Positions 57,095-64,000 of a stretch of DNA of 64,000 nucleotides are shown here, piece by piece (position 1 is the stretch's first letter; each line of letters starts with the position of its first letter). Source of the stretch: a virus (taxonomy: Duplodnaviria > Caudoviricetes). The notes beneath the pieces were generated by a model. It ran no database searches. It saw only the letters and a program-made list of their open reading frames with translations, and was not told the origin of the DNA. The stretch is taken from positions 20,217-84,216 of the IMG/VR virus record IMGVR_UViG_3300001598_000040, one strand, 5' to 3'. A program made the translations under genes and the position numbers.

Positions 57095-58555
57095 ATGGGA
57101 TATATATACTGGTGGCCGCGTACAGAATATAATACTCTAATAAGTAATTTGCAAAACAATATTAATAATTTAGATGGTACAAAACTATTAGAAGTAGCTA
57201 AAAATCAATTCTATAAAGGTATTGAACAAAAATATAATACAGCAATAAAAGAAGAAGATTATACAAAAATTATTAATTCCATTATAAGAACAATAAATGG
57301 AATGGATAATAATAAAGATGTTAATAACGCTTTTAAAGCTATACAGTCTGATTTTCTACCAGACTATGAAACATCTTATTCATATTTATCTAAACAAAAA
57401 GGATATTGTAATGAATTAATAGATCAATCTCAAAGTTCTATAAACGCTCTTTATACAGTGATTAAAACTTTAAACGATTTTGCTCAAGAGGTTCAAACAA
57501 CAGATTTTAGTAAATATTTTAATTTTCAAGATATGAAAAATGATAAGATTGTAGATATAAATGAAGTTATAAAAATACAAGATAATGTAAAAAATACTTT
57601 AAATGAAATGGAAAAGAAGTTAAATAATATATCCACTAAGACTGGAGAGAAAATAGATTTTAATAATTTATTCAATTTAGATCTCAAACAGAATTTCACT
57701 AATAAGAAAAATTTTTTAGAGTTTTATAAAACAATTTTTTCTCCATTGACTAAACTATCAGGTAAGGCGTATGAAGCTATTGTGGCAAATACATTATCTA
57801 AATTAGATTCGGATTTATTAACTATAAAAGGAATAGAGCTAGTAGGCGATAAAAATAATGAAAAAGGTGATGTTTGGAATAAAAACACCACAGATGTAAA
57901 AATGAAAGTAGATTTAGATACTGCAAAAATAAATATTAATCTTCCAGTTTCAACTACCGTTGACCTAAGTATTAAAAAATATCATGAAGGTAAGAAAAAT
58001 TTCAATCTTGGAATTAAAAGCACTAAATTTGGTAAATTATTACAAATGAGCGGATGGGACTCTACAGATAAAAATAGTTTATATAATTATTTAGCAAATA
58101 GAGGAAGAAAAGTATTTCCACCTCCTCCAAAAGGAATACCTAAAACCTTTAAGCAAGTTAGTGGTATGGGTATACGAACTAAAATTGCTCCCATAATAAC
58201 AAAATTAGCTTTGGTTTCTTGCCTAGCTGGTAGTTTAACCAAAGAAGATACATCTGATATTTTAATAGTTAACGGAAAAGCGTATAGTATTATTGATATT
58301 ATAATGAATTTTTTTAGCGATGGTAATATGAAAAAATATGTTAAATTTTATTTAAATGGTAAGATAGAAGATTTAAAAGGACAATCTGCTTTATCAACTA
58401 CATTATTATCAATTCCAGAATTACATAATTCATTCTATCTTATAGGAAGAGGTGAAGGAGATTCTTTAATGGAAATAGCTAGAAAAAGATCCTCAAATTT
58501 AGAAAGATTTATAGATAATATTAATATTAATGCAAAACTTGTTATTAAAAAATAA
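57095..58555 (+). CDS. tail-module hypothetical protein
   Basis: 486-aa ORF with RBS. Confidence 0.55.
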   Translation: MGYIYWWPRTEYNTLISNLQNNINNLDGTKLLEVAKNQFYKGIEQKYNTAIKEEDYTKIINSIIRTINGMDNNKDVNNAFKAIQSDFLPDYETSYSYLSKQKGYCNELIDQSQSSINALYTVIKTLNDFAQEVQTTDFSKYFNFQDMKNDKIVDINEVIKIQDNVKNTLNEMEKKLNNISTKTGEKIDFNNLFNLDLKQNFTNKKNFLEFYKTIFSPLTKLSGKAYEAIVANTLSKLDSDLLTIKGIELVGDKNNEKGDVWNKNTTDVKMKVDLDTAKININLPVSTTVDLSIKKYHEGKKNFNLGIKSTKFGKLLQMSGWDSTDKNSLYNYLANRGRKVFPPPPKGIPKTFKQVSGMGIRTKIAPIITKLALVSCLAGSLTKEDTSDILIVNGKAYSIIDIIMNFFSDGNMKKYVKFYLNGKIEDLKGQSALSTTLLSIPELHNSFYLIGRGEGDSLMEIARKRSSNLERFIDNININAKLVIKK

Positions 58556-58559
58556 AAAT

Positions 58560-58588
58560 TTGACAAATAAAAAAATTTATGCTATAAT
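58560..58588 (+). promoter_or_regulatory. sigmaA-type promoter
   Basis: Perfect TTGACA-17bp-TATAAT with extended TG. Confidence 0.8.
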
Positions 58589-58693
58589 ATTTATAGAAAG
58601 AAGTTAAAAAGAAAAACAAAAACAATTTAGCTTCTTTTTTATTTATACTTATATAATACAGCGGATTCCCGCTAGAGAAAAAGGAGAGTTAAA

Positions 58694-59161
58694 ATGAAAT
58701 ATACAATTATTGAATATCTTCCTATGAAAGATAAAATTAAATTAGTTGAGGAAATTATAGCAGAATTAACTACGGATGAAGTAAATGGAACTTTTATTAA
58801 TCCTATTAAACAGCGGGCTATCACAATGATATATATAGTTAAAGAATACTGCCCGCAGTTTAAAGAAATATTTGATTCTACTGAAAATATATATGAATTA
58901 TATGAAAAAGCACAAGAGGTTATAAAATACGCAGATGATCAAGAGAATGATAAATTTCTTTACGAGAGAGAAGAAATTTATTATTACATCGAATCTATGG
59001 TGAATAGTATCAATCAATATCAGTTATCATTGCCATATTTCTTAGAGAAGTTTAATAAGAACGCTCTTGAAACCGCAGCTGATTTTGGTCATGCAATAGA
59101 ATCTCTTAAAGATCCGGATCTTAAAAATATTTTATCAGATTTAAAATCTGTACAAGAATAA
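58694..59161 (+). CDS. tail assembly chaperone-like protein
   Basis: Acidic helical 155-aa protein directly upstream of the tape measure gene. Confidence 0.5.
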   Translation: MKYTIIEYLPMKDKIKLVEEIIAELTTDEVNGTFINPIKQRAITMIYIVKEYCPQFKEIFDSTENIYELYEKAQEVIKYADDQENDKFLYEREEIYYYIESMVNSINQYQLSLPYFLEKFNKNALETAADFGHAIESLKDPDLKNILSDLKSVQE

Positions 59162-59229
59162 GAATATCAACTGTAAAGGACTTATAGAAATATAAGTCCT
59201 TTTTTAATTGAGAAAAAGGAGTGGTAATA

Positions 59230-62200
59230 ATGGCAGGAGATAAAAAAATAACTTATACTCTTGATTTTAAAGCTAATACTAAAGATATACAAAAACAGTT
59301 AAATAATTTAAGAACAAGTTTAAGTGAAGTTGCAAAAATGGGAAATGCCGGTGTCACAGATTTAGGCGCGAAGAAACAATTAGAAGAAGCGTCTATGGCC
59401 GCCATGGATTTGCATAAGCACTTACAAAAAGCTCTTGATCCTAATACAGGAAAACTTGATTTAACAAGATTAAATATGTCACTTAAAAATTCTGGACAAA
59501 CTGTAGAATTATTTGGTCAAAAATTTAAAAATGCTGGAGATAAAGGACAAAAAGCCATTCTTGAGTTATCAAATGCTATTGTTAATGCGCAAAATTCTAC
59601 TGTAAAATTAAATGAAATAACTGAAAAATTTGGACATACTCTTATGAATTCTCTTCGTTGGAATATATCTAGTTCTATTTGGAATAGTATGTATCAAGCA
59701 TTGAATACTGCGGTTAGTTATGCTAAAGATTTAAATAAGACTTTGACAGATATTAGAGTTGTTACTGGAGATAGCGCAGAACGAATGAAGCAGGTTGCTA
59801 AATGGGCAAATAAAGCAGCTAAAGATGTAGGAACAACAACTAACGAAATGGCGAAAGCTAGTTTGATTTATAGACAACAAGGTGACTCTATGGCTGAAGC
59901 TGCGAAAAAGGCAGAGATTACTGCTAAAGCTGCTAATGTAGCATTTACAGCGAACGCACAAGAAATGTCACAGTATTTAACCGCAATTTGGAACTCTTAT
60001 CAAGTCGGTGATGATGAGTTAGAATTATATGTAGATAAACTTCAAAAGGTTGGTGCTACGACAGCAACTTCTGCGGAAGAAATGGCTACTGCTTTACAAA
60101 AAGTTGGTGCTACAGCTAATACTGTTGGTATTAGTTATGATCAATTATTGGGTGTTATTTCTACTGTATCTTCTGTAACAAGAGAAAGTGCGGAAACTAT
60201 TGGTACTGCGTTTAAAACTATCTTTGCCCGCATGGAAGATTTAAAATTAGAAGGATCTGTTGATGAAGAAGGTGTAACTACTACTTATGGTCAAGTTTCT
60301 AGTGCTTTAGATTCTATAGGAGTAGACATTAAAGATGCAAATGGTGCACTCAAAGAAGAGGGTGTTATTATTGAAGAGATGGCAGCTAAATGGCAAACTC
60401 TATCTGAAGATCAAAAGACAGCAATCGCGCAAGTTGTTGGTGGTAAAAGGCAATATACTCAATTATTTGCATTGATGGAAAACTGGGACATGTATGAAGA
60501 TACAATAAAAAATGTATCTAAAGCTCAGGGAACACTAAATAAACAAAATGAAGAGTATTTGCATAGTTTTTCGGGAGCATCTGCAGAAATTAGAGCTTCT
60601 TGGGAAGGTATTGTTCAGGATGTATTAAATGAAGATGCTATTGTAAATGCGATGGAAGGCATTTCAAAACTTATTGTTGCTATTCAGCATTTCGCTAGAC
60701 TGGTTGGTGGATTTGGTCCAATTTTTACTACTATAGGCGCGATTCTAATTAATAAATTTCAAAAACCAATTTCAAATGGACTCCTAGATATAGCTACAAA
60801 TTTTCAAATTATTAGAGGAAAAAGTAATAAAGCTACTCAAGATATACTTCAACAAGCTAAAAATATATTAGGAATAGAAGGGGAGTTAAATCCAATCCAA
60901 GAACAACAAATTGAATTTCTAAAACAAAAACTCGAAATGAGACAGTTGGAGAGTAATTTAACTAGTGATCTTGGTAAAATAGAATTAGGAATTTTAAATA
61001 CCGTATATAATATAAATGAAGCTGAACAAAATTATATAAAATCTATGGAAAAAGCTGTAGATCTAGAAAAGAAACGAGAGATATTAGAAAAAGATAGAAA
61101 AAAAACTAATACAAATTTTAACAAGTTTGTTTCAGGTGTAAATGCACCTATGTTCAAAGATTCTAAAACAAATTATGCTTTTGGAACAAAAGCACACATT
61201 TTCTCAAAAGGATGGAAGAATGTTTTTTCTGAAAACAATGGAGCTATTAGTGACGATAAAAATTCTATAACCAACTTACTTCAAAGAGCTTATGGAACAA
61301 CTAGAACTAAAATAAATAGCACTGATGATATCATGAAACTTAAAACTAACTATGAAGAATTAGCTCTAAAAATAAAAAACGTATCTGTAGATGAAGAAGA
61401 ATTTGATAAAAATTTAAATATTGTAGCAAAATCTATGAATCTAACAGAAGGTGAAACAAAAAAATTTGTTGCAGCTATGAAACAGATAGGAAATACTAAA
61501 TTTGATATAGAAGAAATAAATAAAAAGCTTAAAGAAGTAAATAGAACTACTGAAGAAGGAAAAAAAGAATATGAAGAATTATTGAAAAAGAGGAGAGAAG
61601 CTCTAAACAAAGCAAATGAGGGCGGAGAAGAGTTAAGTAAAACAGATAAAATTACATATCTTTCTTCTGGATTAATGAACGCAATGACTACAATTAATGG
61701 TATCAATAATGCTTTAGATTCTCTTGGAGATAAGAGTGCTTCAGCTGGAGAAAAAATAGAAAGAGTTGCTGGAGGAATTACATCTAGTATAATGGGAATT
61801 GGAATGATGTTAAAAAATCCTCTTTTTGCGGGCTTATCTAAAGGTCTTCAGGCGGCTATAGGATCGGCGGTAATATTAATACCACTTCTTATAAAAGCTG
61901 GTAAGGCAATTTATGATGCTACTAGCGCATACAAACAATTAGAAAAAGCTAAAAAAGATTATGATGAGTCAGAAAACAACATAAAAGAAATAAATCAAAA
62001 TTTAAAAGAAAAACAAGAAAGATTAAATGAAATAAAAGCTTTATATTTAGAAGATCCTTCTGCTAAAATACATGAACTAGAAATATCTAATTTAATAACT
62101 GAAATTGCATTATTAAAAGAGAAAAAAGCTGCTCAAGAGGCTTTACAAATAGAAGCTAAAGCTAGAATTGCAACAAATGAACAAATTACAGCTAATGAAG

Positions 62201-64000
62201 TACTTGGAAAAGACTATTTTAGTTATTGGAATCAATTAGTTGGAGGAGAAGGAGTTTTTTCAAATGCAATAAATGGTTTATTAGAAATATTTGGTTTTAA
62301 AAATGAAGGATATGCAAACTATAAACTTGCACAAGGTTGGATTCAATCGGATGAATATAAACAACTTATAGAGATTGCAAATTCTGAAAATTATACAGAA
62401 CAACAGAGAGAGCAAGCTCGACAGAAAATTAATAATATAAGTAGCATGGCTACGGGAACTTCAATACAACAACTAGCGCAAGAATATTATAAGAATAAAG
62501 AAAAATATAATTATAAATATCAATATACTGACGCTGAGGGTAATGAACAAACAGTTAGTCTTTTTGGTAAAAATGAAGCTGAAATTGAAACTATAATTGG
62601 AGAAAGTTTTGAGGAACAAAAAAAATTAGTAAAAAAACAAGAAGAATCTGAAAAAATATCAGCAAAAACTATTGAATATAGTAATAAGTATAAAGAAGAT
62701 CTTGTTTCTATGAATGATATCATTCAAGATTATAATAAAAATGGTAGTATGTCTTTAGATAATTTAAAAAAGATGAAAGATATACAACCTTCTGTTTTAT
62801 TCTTATTAGAGCAACAAGGCGATCAAATAGGATTAAATGCAGATAAAGAAAAAGAATTAACTACTAATTTTTTAAAATATGAGCGTCATGTTGCGATTTC
62901 CAATATAGTTCAAAAATTATATGAAGAAAAAGATGCGGTAAATGCATTAGCTGATGCTTGGAATGGAGTAAGTAATAATGCTTCTTTAGCTGCTAAACAA
63001 ATGCTATTAGATCAAGCAAATAATTTTTTATCTACTAAAGGCTTTAGCAAAGAAAATTATGAATATATTGCAAAAGTTACTAAAGTTGGACTTGAACAAT
63101 TTAATCGTAAATTAACTTTAACATCAAACGAAACTAAGAAAAAATTAAAAGATGAACAAAAAAAGTTAGCAGATGCTTTGAAAGAAGAGTTATTAGCTCA
63201 ATTAGAAAGAGATATTGAAAAATATCAAGAAGTATTCGATGATTATGAAGATAAACTTAAAAATATTGATTTTGCTAAAAAATTATTTGGTGATGATAAG
63301 GATAGTGAAATTATTGAAGAAAGAATTGATACTTTAAAAGAATATAATAGAGATATAGAGGAAGAATTTAATAGATTAAGTAAAATAGTTCCAAGAACTG
63401 GAGCTGAAGCAGAAGCTATCGCAAATCAAATGACTTCCATTTGGGATACTCATAGATCAAATATGGAAGCTATTAAACAAGAATCTGAAGAACTTGCTAT
63501 GATAGGTATCAATACTCTTACTACACAAATAGAAAAATTAAATGAAAGTTTATCGAAACAAAGTGATATACTTACAGATTTTGATAATTTAACTAAAAAA
63601 TATGGAAACACAAAAGTCAATAGAATTAAATTAAGTAATGATTTATTATTAGCAAGTCTAAAAGGACAATCTAAATCTCAAACTGCGCTTGAAAAGAAAA
63701 AAGAAGAAAATAAACGACTTCAAGAAGAAGATAAAAAACATGCGGATATAATAAGTAAAATTAGAAAAGATGCTTCTAAAAAAATGTATGAAGAAGAAGC
63801 TAAAGAGAGAGAAGAAGCTAGACAAGAAATAGAAAAAACTATTGCTGAGACTAGAGATTATTTTACTCAAGAATTGGATGGCGCAAAAATTGATGTTACT
63901 AGTTTCATTCAAGAAATGGAACAAATATTTAAAGATGCTAATGATAGTGATAAATTTAAATTAAAAATTAATGTTGAAACTGGTAAAATAGAGATTGACA
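59230..64000 (+). CDS. tape measure protein (runs off the window)
   Basis: ATG at 59230; reads as an open frame to the edge (absent from the ORF track, consistent with no stop); SYAKDLNKTLTDIRVVTG..ASLIYRQQG core, TM-like segments, long coiled coils. Confidence 0.9.
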   Translation, partial: MAGDKKITYTLDFKANTKDIQKQLNNLRTSLSEVAKMGNAGVTDLGAKKQLEEASMAAMDLHKHLQKALDPNTGKLDLTRLNMSLKNSGQTVELFGQKFKNAGDKGQKAILELSNAIVNAQNSTVKLNEITEKFGHTLMNSLRWNISSSIWNSMYQALNTAVSYAKDLNKTLTDIRVVTGDSAERMKQVAKWANKAAKDVGTTTNEMAKASLIYRQQGDSMAEAAKKAEITAKAANVAFTANAQEMSQYLTAIWNSYQVGDDELELYVDKLQKVGATTATSAEEMATALQKVGATANTVGISYDQLLGVISTVSSVTRESAETIGTAFKTIFARMEDLKLEGSVDEEGVTTTYGQVSSALDSIGVDIKDANGALKEEGVIIEEMAAKWQTLSEDQKTAIAQVVGGKRQYTQLFALMENWDMYEDTIKNVSKAQGTLNKQNEEYLHSFSGASAEIRASWEGIVQDVLNEDAIVNAMEGISKLIVAIQHFARLVGGFGPIFTTIGAILINKFQKPISNGLLDIATNFQIIRGKSNKATQDILQQAKNILGIEGELNPIQEQQIEFLKQKLEMRQLESNLTSDLGKIELGILNTVYNINEAEQNYIKSMEKAVDLEKKREILEKDRKKTNTNFNKFVSGVNAPMFKDSKTNYAFGTKAHIFSKGWKNVFSENNGAISDDKNSITNLLQRAYGTTRTKINSTDDIMKLKTNYEELALKIKNVSVDEEEFDKNLNIVAKSMNLTEGETKKFVAAMKQIGNTKFDIEEINKKLKEVNRTTEEGKKEYEELLKKRREALNKANEGGEELSKTDKITYLSSGLMNAMTTINGINNALDSLGDKSASAGEKIERVAGGITSSIMGIGMMLKNPLFAGLSKGLQAAIGSAVILIPLLIKAGKAIYDATSAYKQLEKAKKDYDESENNIKEINQNLKEKQERLNEIKALYLEDPSAKIHELEISNLITEIALLKEKKAAQEALQIEAKARIATNEQITANEVLGKDYFSYWNQLVGGEGVFSNAINGLLEIFGFKNEGYANYKLAQGWIQSDEYKQLIEIANSENYTEQQREQARQKINNISSMATGTSIQQLAQEYYKNKEKYNYKYQYTDAEGNEQTVSLFGKNEAEIETIIGESFEEQKKLVKKQEESEKISAKTIEYSNKYKEDLVSMNDIIQDYNKNGSMSLDNLKKMKDIQPSVLFLLEQQGDQIGLNADKEKELTTNFLKYERHVAISNIVQKLYEEKDAVNALADAWNGVSNNASLAAKQMLLDQANNFLSTKGFSKENYEYIAKVTKVGLEQFNRKLTLTSNETKKKLKDEQKKLADALKEELLAQLERDIEKYQEVFDDYEDKLKNIDFAKKLFGDDKDSEIIEERIDTLKEYNRDIEEEFNRLSKIVPRTGAEAEAIANQMTSIWDTHRSNMEAIKQESEELAMIGINTLTTQIEKLNESLSKQSDILTDFDNLTKKYGNTKVNRIKLSNDLLLASLKGQSKSQTALEKKKEENKRLQEEDKKHADIISKIRKDASKKMYEEEAKEREEARQEIEKTIAETRDYFTQELDGAKIDVTSFIQEMEQIFKDANDSDKFKLKINVETGKIEID

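Noticed and set aside
2694-63924. Short antisense ORFs overlapping real genes (e.g. 2694, 4283, 4811, 5108, 5208, 6912, 7752, 9913, 13676, 14086, 29218, 33654, 41281, 43260, 45208, 48740, 50851, 52110, 59731, 61350, 62520, 63658)
   Set aside because: Shadow frames opposite well-supported genes; F/L/I/S-rich composition and no RBS
1-64000. Diversity-generating retroelement, retron, integrase or lysis cassette
   Set aside because: No reverse transcriptase, recombinase, holin or endolysin motifs were recognised in this window

Overview
A 64-kb, very AT-rich segment of a large tailed dsDNA phage (siphovirus-like, long tape measure). The host is most likely a Bacillota/Clostridia member, inferred from sigmaA-type promoters, an SLH protein and an HPr-like protein. 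From 1 to ~31.7 kb almost all genes are on the minus strand: replication and nucleotide genes (helicase 5' part, AAA_24 ATPase, SSB-like, ThyX, ATP-dependent ligase, a type II topoisomerase whose B-subunit gene is split by a group I intron with a GIY-YIG endonuclease, RNase H), accessory genes (SLH S-layer-like protein, HPr-like, PPP phosphatase, nicotinamidase, FNT channel, Thg1-like), five tRNAs and a ~607-nt ROOL-like RNA. The 30.4-33.1 kb region looks like an origin (9-bp and 21-bp tandem repeats beside a small HTH gene). The 33-42.3 kb region is an array of self-contained expression cassettes. They are separated by a repeated module (29-bp site plus a length-conserved ~35-bp covarying hairpin plus terminator), with a palindromic operator and a duplicated 37-nt pseudoknot nearby; this is the strongest candidate for an undescribed system. 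After the strand switch at ~42.4 kb comes the plus-strand morphogenesis operon (terminase, portal, protease/scaffold, capsid, neck, major tail, chaperone, and a tape measure that runs off the window). All product calls come from visual motif recognition; no database searches were run.
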